Positions 19,685-27,783 of a DNA stretch of 64,000 nucleotides are shown piece after piece. Location of the stretch: NCBI GenBank assembly GCA_040219255.1, contig JAVJSW010000007.1, forward strand, positions 1 to 64,000, read 5' to 3'. Numbering within the stretch: position 1 is the stretch's first letter; every line of letters begins with the position of its first letter. Below the pieces are notes generated by a model. The model searched no databases, was not told the DNA's origin, and saw only the letters and a program-made list of their open reading frames with translations. The position numbers and the translations under genes are program-made. Origin of the DNA: Sumerlaeia bacterium (lineage in GTDB: Bacteria > Sumerlaeota > Sumerlaeia > SLMS01 > JAHLLQ01).

Positions 19685-20406
19685 GCGACGATCCCCAGCA
19701 GGCCGCCGGCCGCATCAGCACTGAAAACGCCCACCCGCCGCGCTCCACCGATCATGTCGCGCGCCTCGACTTGTCCTCCTCGCGGGCGCGCGGCTGCATC
19801 GTGGTTGGCATCGCGGGCGGCAGTGGCAGCGGCAAATCGACCGTGGCGCGCCGCATCCTGAAAACCGTTCCCCCCGGCGACATCGCTGTCCTCGGCCACG
19901 ATTGCTACTATCACGACCTGAGTTATCTGTCCGTCGAGGAACGGGCCAAGATCAACTTCGATCACCCCGACGCCCTCGATAACGACCTGATGGTCCAGCA
20001 CCTCGACTTGCTGCGCAGTGGCACCGCCATCGAACGCCCCATCTACAACTTCGTCAACCACACGCGCATGCCCGCCACCGATCTGATCAAGCCCGCGCGC
20101 ATCATCGTGGTCGAAGGCATCCTGATTTTCTGCGACCCGCGGCTGCGCGAACGCATGGACATCAAGCTCTATGTGGATTGCGATGCCGACGTGCGCTTCA
20201 TCCGGCGGCTCAAGCGCGACGTCCACGAGCGCGGGCGCTCGCTGGACTCGGTCGTTGAGCAGTACCTCAAGGTGGTGCGCCAGATGCACCTGAAGTTCGT
20301 CGAACCGAGCAAGCGCTACGCCGACGTCATCATTCCCGAGGGCGGCCACAACGCCATCGCCATCGACATGGTGACCACCAAGATCGCGTCGGTGCTGGCG
20401 GAGTAG
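19681..20406 (+). CDS. udk: Uridine kinase
   Basis: GIAGGSGSGKST, D.YY, NFDHPDA, IIVVEGIL, RRLKRD..ERGR and MH..FVEPSKRYADVIIP motifs. Confidence 0.95.
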   Translation: MSDDPQQAAGRISTENAHPPRSTDHVARLDLSSSRARGCIVVGIAGGSGSGKSTVARRILKTVPPGDIAVLGHDCYYHDLSYLSVEERAKINFDHPDALDNDLMVQHLDLLRSGTAIERPIYNFVNHTRMPATDLIKPARIIVVEGILIFCDPRLRERMDIKLYVDCDADVRFIRRLKRDVHERGRSLDSVVEQYLKVVRQMHLKFVEPSKRYADVIIPEGGHNAIAIDMVTTKIASVLAE

Positions 20407-20424
20407 GAAAAGGGCGGGTGGAGC

Positions 20425-22002
20425 CTACTTGGCGTCCACTTCCCGGAAGACAGGCATGGTGCCGTCGCGGGCGACGAGAGCTTTGTATTCGGGCCACTGA
20501 TAGAGGCCGAAGAGGCTGGTGGGTTCCAGCAGCAGCGCGGCCCGCCGCGACAACTCGACCCGCAGCGATCCCGCCGGGAACGTCTTCGGCTGGGGCTCGC
20601 CCAGGCTGCTGATCTGGCGGCCATCGTAGCGGTTGTAAAGGTCGTCGTAGTTTTCCTCGAGCCGTTCCAGTTTCACCGATTCCACCGTGAACGTCTCCTC
20701 GCGGTCCAGTTCGTCGTAAAGCAAGCCGTGGTTTTTCAATAATGTGGAGAAGGTCTGGGCGGCGCCGCTGGAAATCAGGTAGGCCTTGGGCGCTTCCACC
20801 GCGTTCTTCACGATGCGGTCGGTCATGAAGTTTGGCGTGTCGACGGTCAGGGTTTCGCTGGTTTCCAGCGAAACGACTTTGACCGGCGTTACCTTGAGAC
20901 CGTCGCTGCCCCAGAAAACATTGGTGGGGATGTAGCGGGGCGGGGCGGCGGAGCGGGCGGCTTCGACAATGGCTCGGTCGTCGATGCGCGAGCCCTCGTA
21001 TGTCAGGAACCGGCGCAGGAGCGTCAGGTAGGCCTGAACGCGTTCGTGCAGGTCGGCGTGCGGGTCCTCGGCGCCGCGGTAGACGCCGGACTCGATGATA
21101 AAGGATAAGGTGCCATAGGCGGCGAAAGCGTTGCGCGCGTCATCGGTGTCGAGGGTGCTGTAGCGCAATTCGCCCTCGGGCGGCGCGGAACCGACGTAGT
21201 AACGGGTGTAGTTGTGGCCCTCCGCTTCCATGGCCGGCTCGGCGCCCTCGACCCATTGCAGACCGGCCTCGTAGAGCGGATCGCCACAGAGCGGATGGTT
21301 GCCGCAGTCCATCATGATGATCGGCCATTCCGACCAGCCCTTGCTGAGGTAATCGCCGGTGTCGCGGCGGAATTCGTGACAGTCGACCGCGGCGTGGGGC
21401 ATGATGTCGCGAAAGGCGGCGTGCAGGGCTTGGGTCTCCGGTTGGCTGAGGAGCTGATGGTCGCGGTTCAGATCGAAATCGTTGCTGTTGGTGCGGCGGT
21501 CCGCTTCGCCCCCGTCCGGGTTCACCGAGGGCATGATCCACAGGTCCACGCCATCGGGCAGGGCGCCGGGGTTCTGGGCGATTTCGCGGATCAGGTAGAG
21601 CAGGGCGTCTTTGCCGGCCGGTTCGTTGCCGTGCTGGAGGCCAAAGAGGAACACGCGCCAATCGCTGTTCAGGGGCTGATTGTCGTGGCTCAGGTGAACC
21701 AGGTACAGAGGCCGGCCTTCGACGCTCTCGCCCGCCACGGAAAGCGTGATGTGCCGGTGATGGTCGCTGACTTCCTGGAGGAATTCCCGCATCGCATCGT
21801 AGGAGATGGGCCGCTTGAGATCGGCCGGGTCGGCGGGAAAGTCGGGCGAAATGGCCATGGCGTGGGCGGGGACGACATCGGGCGTGGATCGCACCAGGGT
21901 GCTTTCCGCGGGGGAGGATTGGGCCTTCGATGTCTGAGCGTGGGTTGCCCCGCAGACAAGCGATAAGAAGCAAAGGGGCAGAAAATGACGGACTTGAAGC
22001 AT
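20425..22002 (-). CDS. Secreted M14 zinc carboxypeptidase-family protein
   Basis: HGNE, NPDG, DLNRD and DCHE motifs; signal peptide ...ATHA|Q; start placed downstream of the promoter at 22058-22086. Confidence 0.85.
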   Translation of the reverse strand: MLQVRHFLPLCFLSLVCGATHAQTSKAQSSPAESTLVRSTPDVVPAHAMAISPDFPADPADLKRPISYDAMREFLQEVSDHHRHITLSVAGESVEGRPLYLVHLSHDNQPLNSDWRVFLFGLQHGNEPAGKDALLYLIREIAQNPGALPDGVDLWIMPSVNPDGGEADRRTNSNDFDLNRDHQLLSQPETQALHAAFRDIMPHAAVDCHEFRRDTGDYLSKGWSEWPIIMMDCGNHPLCGDPLYEAGLQWVEGAEPAMEAEGHNYTRYYVGSAPPEGELRYSTLDTDDARNAFAAYGTLSFIIESGVYRGAEDPHADLHERVQAYLTLLRRFLTYEGSRIDDRAIVEAARSAAPPRYIPTNVFWGSDGLKVTPVKVVSLETSETLTVDTPNFMTDRIVKNAVEAPKAYLISSGAAQTFSTLLKNHGLLYDELDREETFTVESVKLERLEENYDDLYNRYDGRQISSLGEPQPKTFPAGSLRVELSRRAALLLEPTSLFGLYQWPEYKALVARDGTMPVFREVDAK

Positions 22003-22057
22003 CGAAAGCGGGCCTTCTGTCTGGCAGGTCCAGACGGTCTGGGAATCGAGAGGATGG

Positions 22058-22086
22058 ACCCTAGCCGCACGGGGCCCAGATGTCAA
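22058..22086 (-). promoter_or_regulatory. sigma70-type promoter for the M14 peptidase
   Basis: TTGACA-17 nt-TAGGGT on the minus strand. Confidence 0.65.
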
Positions 22087-22226
22087 TTTACCGATGGGAC
22101 TTTTTGATCGGCCAAAGCGCATGTTGGATGCGTTCGACCCGTCCGGCTGGCCCGGAAATTGTCTCACATCCTTTATGACGAGAGTTTGCCGCCACGGCAA
22201 CGGATTCACAGAGAGGCCCCAAACCA

Positions 22227-23507
22227 TTGACTTCACACGCATTGACCGCCCCGTTCAGCCATCGCCAGGACCCCGGACCGCTCCTCCGGCTGCGCCGCCA
22301 ATGGGCGCTCTTCGCCGCCTTGGGGGCGCTTTTTCTCTTCTCTGGAGCCCTTTTCCTCGCCCCGCGGTTCTGGCCAGCCACCCCCCAGGCTCCGTTGCTT
22401 TGGTTCCTGACCGCTGCGGCGGCCTTGATCTGGCAGATGTTTTACCTCTGGCATCACCTCGCGGAAAATCATCGCGAGGGCGAGGAAGCGATCCTGCCGG
22501 TCCTGGGCGCCGGGAACGCGCTCACGCTGTTCCGGGGTTTCGGCTTCGCCGCCGTCGCCGGTTTCGTGCTCTCGCCGAAACCCGAAGGCCTCTGGCTCTG
22601 GGTGCCGGCGGCGATCTATCTTTTGGCCGTGTGCGCCGACTACGCCGACGGCTGGATGGCCCGGAAAACAGACCACTGCACGGCGTTGGGCAAGAAACTC
22701 GACATGGAGCTGGACAGTCTCGGAATGGCGGTGGCCACGGCGTTGGCGGTGCAGTACGGCCAGTTGCCGCTGTGGTACCTGACGCTGGCGGCGGCGCCCT
22801 ATCTGTGGCGGGTGCTGGTCTGGATGCGCGAGCACCACAGCGGCCGGGCCGTCGAACTGCCGGAGAGCAACGCCCGGCGCCTTCTGGCGGGGACCCAGAT
22901 GGGATTCATCGCCACCGTGCTCTTTCCCCTGTTCCAGCCTCCGGTAACGACCGCCGCGGCGGTGGCGTTCGGATTGCCCTATGGGCTGATGTTCGTGCGC
23001 GACGGGTTCCTGATGTTTGGCAAGATAGCGCCCGATTCGCCGCTTCATCCCTCCGCGCCGAGGCCTCCCCGCTTCGTTCCGGCGGCGGGGTTTGTGGCGC
23101 GGTGGGCGACCGTTGTGCTGGGGGCTCTGACGCTCGAGGCGCTGTTCGGCCCCGCTCTGCGGGGAGACCTTAGCATGGGGATTTTCGCGGGCCGTGGCGT
23201 TGCGCTGGCGTGGCTCCTGGGGGGCGTGGGAGGGCTGGCGGTGCTGCTGATCGCTGCGGGCTGGCTCGAACGCACGTCGGCGTTCCTGCTGTTGCTGATC
23301 GTGTCGGCTTTTTCGCTGAGCCGAAATGTCGGCGCGGCGGAAATCGCCCTCATCGCGAGTGCCATCGCGGTGATGCACTTCGGCAGCGGACCCCTCTCCT
23401 TCGTCTCGCCGGAAGATCGATTTCTCAGTGGCCGCGCGGGTCTGGAAGAAGAAGAAGCTCGGCGGGCGGAGGAGGAATTTCTGCGCCACAGCGGCTTGAG
23501 GACATGA
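22227..23507 (+). CDS. CDP-alcohol phosphatidyltransferase-family protein with an extra C-terminal DoxX-like membrane region
   Basis: NALTLFRG and DYADGWMARKTDHCTALGKKLDMELD match D-x2-DG-x2-AR-x8-G-x3-D-x3-D; C-terminal TM bundle ending GSGPLS. Confidence 0.85.
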   Translation: MTSHALTAPFSHRQDPGPLLRLRRQWALFAALGALFLFSGALFLAPRFWPATPQAPLLWFLTAAAALIWQMFYLWHHLAENHREGEEAILPVLGAGNALTLFRGFGFAAVAGFVLSPKPEGLWLWVPAAIYLLAVCADYADGWMARKTDHCTALGKKLDMELDSLGMAVATALAVQYGQLPLWYLTLAAAPYLWRVLVWMREHHSGRAVELPESNARRLLAGTQMGFIATVLFPLFQPPVTTAAAVAFGLPYGLMFVRDGFLMFGKIAPDSPLHPSAPRPPRFVPAAGFVARWATVVLGALTLEALFGPALRGDLSMGIFAGRGVALAWLLGGVGGLAVLLIAAGWLERTSAFLLLLIVSAFSLSRNVGAAEIALIASAIAVMHFGSGPLSFVSPEDRFLSGRAGLEEEEARRAEEEFLRHSGLRT

Positions 23508-23608
23508 TGCGGAATGACTCTCGCTTTTTGCGGTGGAGGCTTCGGCACCGATTGCATTCCGGAGCGAGATTGACGTAGGACATCCGGCACACGCCCCACC
23601 CATGGGCT

Positions 23609-25102
23609 TTGCGCCGGGCCGATAGAAAGAATTTTGCTGTGTTGAAAACCACCACGCGCCCCGCCCTGAAAGTCCGAGAATTGACCCGCGCCCGCATCCC
23701 CACGACGGACGGCACGTTCCACCTCTGTTTCTTTGAAAACACCTGGGATGACAAAGAGCACATGGCCATCGTGGCCGGCGATGTGCAGGGCGGCGAGGAC
23801 GTGCTCTGCCGCATCCACAGCGAGTGCTTCACCGGCGACGTGCTGGGTTCGCTGAGGTGCGATTGCGGCGAGCAGTTGCAGCGCTCGATGGAGCTGATCG
23901 CCCGCGAAGGCCGCGGCGTGATCCTGTACCTGCGCCAGGAAGGCCGAGGCATCGGGCTCCTGGAGAAACTCAAAGCCTACAACCTGCAGGACGAAGGCCT
24001 CGACACCGTGGACGCCAATCTGGCGCTGGGCCACGGCGCCGACGAGCGCGATTACAGCATCGGCGCCCACATGCTGCGCGAACTCGGGGTGCGATCGATA
24101 CGGCTCCTGACCAACAATCCCGCCAAAATCGAAGGGCTGCGCGGCTATGGCATCCCTGTCACGCGCCGTGTGCCCCTGACGCCCCAGGTTGTGACGAGCG
24201 ACAATGCCCACTACCTGGCGACGAAGGTGCAGCGCATGCGCCATCTGTTGAACCTGGGTCCGGCACGCGGCCCCTTCGCGCCGCAGAACAGCGACGAGCA
24301 AAACCTGCTGGATCGCGCCCCGGCCTTCGCGCGCACCACCGGACGGCCGTTCGTGACGCTGTCTTACGCGCAAAGCATCGACGGCTGCATCGCCGCGCGG
24401 CGCGGCAAGCCGCTGGCCCTTTCCGGACCCGAGTCGTTGGAAATGACGCATCAGCTCCGGGCCGACCACGACGCCATTCTGATCGGCGTGGGAACGGTGA
24501 TCGCCGACGACCCCAGCCTGACGGTGCGCCACGTGGCGGGCGAAAACCCCCAGCCGATCATTCTCGACAGCCACCTGCGGACGCCCGCCGATTGCGGCTT
24601 GCTGACCGATCCGGCCCGCCAGCCCTGGATTTTCTGCACGCCGCAGGCCGACGCGGAGCGGCGTGAGGCCCTGGAATCAGCCGGCGCCCGTATCCTGGAA
24701 GTGCCCGCCGACGCCCACGGCCACGTCGATTTGGCGGCGGCGATGGATCGCCTCGGCGATGAAGGCATCACAAGCGTCATGGTCGAGGGCGGCGCCCAGG
24801 TCATCACCAGTTTCCTGACGGCGCGGCTGGTCGATCACGTCGTGCTGACGATCACGTCGATGCTGGTGGGCGGTGGCGTTCACGCGGTGGGTTCGCTCAG
24901 CGGCGGAAACGGGTCGAAAGGCTCGAGCTTTCCCCGTCTCGCCAACAAGCGGGTCCGCTACCTGGGCGAAGACCTGATCCTGCAAGGCGATCCGGTCTGG
25001 GAAGAAGACGGCCCCACGACAGCGGCGAAGAAGCCCGAGGAAGCGCCCCTGAATGGCCATCACAAAGGAACCAACGGCCACCGCCACGGCGAGACGGCAT
25101 GA
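23609..25102 (+). CDS. ribA: GTP cyclohydrolase II fused to a RibD C-terminal (pyrimidine reductase) domain
   Basis: RIHSECFTGD...RCDCGEQL, QEGRGIGL and LLTNNPAK; then YAQSIDG, DAILIGVGTVIADDPSLT and VMVEGG; no deaminase domain; exact start uncertain. Confidence 0.92.
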   Translation: MRRADRKNFAVLKTTTRPALKVRELTRARIPTTDGTFHLCFFENTWDDKEHMAIVAGDVQGGEDVLCRIHSECFTGDVLGSLRCDCGEQLQRSMELIAREGRGVILYLRQEGRGIGLLEKLKAYNLQDEGLDTVDANLALGHGADERDYSIGAHMLRELGVRSIRLLTNNPAKIEGLRGYGIPVTRRVPLTPQVVTSDNAHYLATKVQRMRHLLNLGPARGPFAPQNSDEQNLLDRAPAFARTTGRPFVTLSYAQSIDGCIAARRGKPLALSGPESLEMTHQLRADHDAILIGVGTVIADDPSLTVRHVAGENPQPIILDSHLRTPADCGLLTDPARQPWIFCTPQADAERREALESAGARILEVPADAHGHVDLAAAMDRLGDEGITSVMVEGGAQVITSFLTARLVDHVVLTITSMLVGGGVHAVGSLSGGNGSKGSSFPRLANKRVRYLGEDLILQGDPVWEEDGPTTAAKKPEEAPLNGHHKGTNGHRHGETA

Positions 25103-26148
25103 GCCGAAACGAGCCCCTGACACGCCAGGCCATCGAAATCGCGCAGCCGGGCCAAGTCCGGGTGGTGGTGGAAACCCTCGGCCCTCCCGCGCCGGGCCAG
25201 GTGCGGGTGCGCACCGTTTGCTCGGCCATTAGTGCCGGTACGGAACGCTTGTTTTTTCGGGGCGAAGTCCCCGACGGTATGGTGGTCGATTCGTCGATCG
25301 CGGCCCTCGGCTGCGGCGTCGCGTACCCGTTGCGGTATGGCTACGCCTGCGCGGGCATGATCGAGGCAGTGGGGGATCCGGCGCACGCATCGGCCGTCGG
25401 CAAGCCAGTGTTCGCTTTCCATCCCCACGCGAGCCATTTTCTGGCGGGCTGGGACGAACTGATCGGCCTCGATGGCTGGATCGGCGAAGATCTGGACGGC
25501 CCTGTGGCGGCGGACTTCGAGGGCGCGGCGCTCCTGCCGAACGTCGAGACGGCGGTGTCGCTGCTGCAAGACGGCGCCCCCATCGTGGGCGAGCGCGTCG
25601 CGGTGATTGGCCTCGGGATCGTGGGGATGTTGACGAGCCTTCAGGCGAAGCGCTTTCCCAGCGTCGAGTTCGCCGCCATCGAGCTGACCGAGTCCCGCCG
25701 CGATCTGGCGCGGGCGCTCCAGATTCCAGTGCTCGCGCCGGACGAAGCGGCCGCGAAGTGGGCTGCCAAATGCGATCTGGTGTTCGAGCTGTCCGGCAAC
25801 CCGGAGGCGCTCAACCTCGCTCTCGACCTCGTGGCCTTCAGCGGCCGCGTGGTGGTGGGCTCCTGGTACGGGCGCAAGCGGGCGGCGCTGGACTTGGGCG
25901 GGCGATTTCATCGGTCCCGCGCGCAAATCGTCAGCAGCCAGGTCAGCACGCTGGCGCCGCACCTGACGGGGCGTTTCGACAAGGCCCGCCGGATGGAGGC
26001 GGCGCTGCGGCTGCTGCGCGACGTCCCGGCGGACCGGCTGGTGACGCATCGCTTTCCCGCGGAGGACGCGGCGGAGGCCTTCCGCCTGCTGGACGAAACG
26101 CCCGGCGAGGCCCTCCAGGTCTTGCTGACCTACGACGACCCAACCTAA
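25099..26148 (+). CDS. Zinc-binding alcohol dehydrogenase-like (MDR) oxidoreductase
   Basis: SAISAGTE, YPLRYGY, GLGIVG Rossmann motif, SWYG and FHRSR..I.SSQV; ATGA overlap with ribA. Confidence 0.88.
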   Translation: MSRNEPLTRQAIEIAQPGQVRVVVETLGPPAPGQVRVRTVCSAISAGTERLFFRGEVPDGMVVDSSIAALGCGVAYPLRYGYACAGMIEAVGDPAHASAVGKPVFAFHPHASHFLAGWDELIGLDGWIGEDLDGPVAADFEGAALLPNVETAVSLLQDGAPIVGERVAVIGLGIVGMLTSLQAKRFPSVEFAAIELTESRRDLARALQIPVLAPDEAAAKWAAKCDLVFELSGNPEALNLALDLVAFSGRVVVGSWYGRKRAALDLGGRFHRSRAQIVSSQVSTLAPHLTGRFDKARRMEAALRLLRDVPADRLVTHRFPAEDAAEAFRLLDETPGEALQVLLTYDDPT

Positions 26149-26160
26149 GAGGAATCAAAC

Positions 26161-26589
26161 ATGTATACCGTTTGCGTCATCCGCGACTTCGTGGCCCAGC
26201 ATTACCTGATCGGCGGCGATTGGGGCGCGGAAAACGACTGGCATTCGCACAGCTACCGCGCCGAAGTGCAACTGATCGGCTCGGCCCTCGACCGCCACAA
26301 CTATCTGATGGACATCACAGACATTGAAGAGAACTTGGATGCGTTGGTGGCGAAGTACAAAGACAAGACGCTCAACGATCTGCCCGCTTTCGAGGGCCAG
26401 AACCCGAGCCTCGAACTCTTCGCCCGCCTCTTCGCCGAAGAACTGAGCGAACGCATTAGCGCGCCCTCGGTCGAGCGCCTCGTCGTGAAAATGTGGGAGA
26501 CACCGCAGATCTGGGCGTCCTACGATTTCCTCCGCCCGGCCGTCCACCGCCAAGCCGGCGCCACCCAGGCGGCGGCCAACATGGCCTGA
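26161..26589 (+). CDS. 6-pyruvoyl-tetrahydropterin synthase/QueD family (COG0720) protein with a non-canonical motif
   Basis: F.AQH.L, HSHSY, LND, NPSLE and WET motifs; lacks the QueD CxxxHGH cysteine. Confidence 0.88.
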   Translation: MYTVCVIRDFVAQHYLIGGDWGAENDWHSHSYRAEVQLIGSALDRHNYLMDITDIEENLDALVAKYKDKTLNDLPAFEGQNPSLELFARLFAEELSERISAPSVERLVVKMWETPQIWASYDFLRPAVHRQAGATQAAANMA

Positions 26590-26616
26590 TTTTCCCCGAC
26601 TTCGCCCGAGACTCTC

Positions 26617-27702
26617 ATGCGCATCGCTTTCGTCATCTACGGCTCGCTGGACCAGACTTCCGGCGGCTACCTGTACGACCGCGAGGTGGTGCGGCGGCTC
26701 CGCGGCCGGGGGCACATGGTGGAAGTCGTCAGCCTCCCCACGCCCGCCTCGACCATCGAGGCGATGCTTCACAACTTCGACCCCGCGACGCGCGAAAGGC
26801 TCGCCGGGGGCGGGTTCGACGTTATTGTCCAGGACGAGCTGTGCCACGGTTCGCTGGCGCTGCTGAACCGGAGGGTGCGGCGCCAGATCAAGGCGCCCAT
26901 CGTGGCGCTGGTTCATCACCTGAAGAGCAGCGAGACTCTGGCAGTGGGCCAACGCGCCGTCGTCCGGCGGGTGGAAAAGCGCTACCTTCAGACGGTGCAC
27001 GGCCTGATCGTCAACAGCGTCACCACGGGCAAAACGGTCGAGCGGGTGCTCGGCGCGGACCTGCCGAATGTCGTGGCCCGGCCTTCGGCGGCGCATCGCG
27101 TGGGTCAAGACATGAGCGAAGAGGACTTACGCAAGGCCAGCGACGGCCCCTTGCGTCTTCTGTTCGTGGGAAACCTGATCCCGCGAAAGAACCTGCCGAC
27201 GGTACTTGGGGCGTTGCGTGCTCTGAAGGATGTCGATTGGCGCCTGGACATCGTAGGCGGCGGAGACTTGGATCCGGTTCACGCGGAAGCCATGCGCCAG
27301 GTGGCCTCGCCCTTCGGCGACCGCGTGACCTTCCACGGACGGGTGGACGACGATGTGCTGGGCGGGCTCTTTCGCGAGGCGCACGTCTTGGTGAATCCTT
27401 CTCAATACGAAGGTTATGGGATCATTTACCTGGAGGCCATGGCCCACGGCGTCATCCCCGTCGCCAGCACTCCCGGCGCTCCCCACGAGTTCATCACCCA
27501 TCGCCGGGACGGTTTCCTCGTCTTTCCCCGCGACATCGACACGCTGGCGCTGATTCTGCGGGAACTGTCGCAAAACCCCGCCCATCGCCAGATCATGGCC
27601 ACCGCCGCCCGCCAAGCCTACCTGGCCCAGCCGAACTGGGATGACGCGGCGGAGGCCATCGAGGCGTTTTTGTTGAAATTGGCTTCTCAAAAAGCTTCCT
27701 AA
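26617..27702 (+). CDS. Glycosyltransferase family 4 (GT-B)
   Basis: SGGYLYD, LLFVGNLIPRKN and PSQYEGYGIIYLEAMAHG motifs. Confidence 0.9.
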   Translation: MRIAFVIYGSLDQTSGGYLYDREVVRRLRGRGHMVEVVSLPTPASTIEAMLHNFDPATRERLAGGGFDVIVQDELCHGSLALLNRRVRRQIKAPIVALVHHLKSSETLAVGQRAVVRRVEKRYLQTVHGLIVNSVTTGKTVERVLGADLPNVVARPSAAHRVGQDMSEEDLRKASDGPLRLLFVGNLIPRKNLPTVLGALRALKDVDWRLDIVGGGDLDPVHAEAMRQVASPFGDRVTFHGRVDDDVLGGLFREAHVLVNPSQYEGYGIIYLEAMAHGVIPVASTPGAPHEFITHRRDGFLVFPRDIDTLALILRELSQNPAHRQIMATAARQAYLAQPNWDDAAEAIEAFLLKLASQKAS

Positions 27703-27783
27703 AAATCGACCGGCCCGGCCCCCAAGGCTGTTTCCTCAGGAGTCGGGCCGTGCGATGTGCGGATGGACTTCCTTCGGCGGAGC

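Noticed and set aside
23508-23640. FMN riboswitch upstream of ribA
   Set aside because: The spacer is too short and lacks RFN consensus blocks such as GGGCAGGGTGAAATTCCC.
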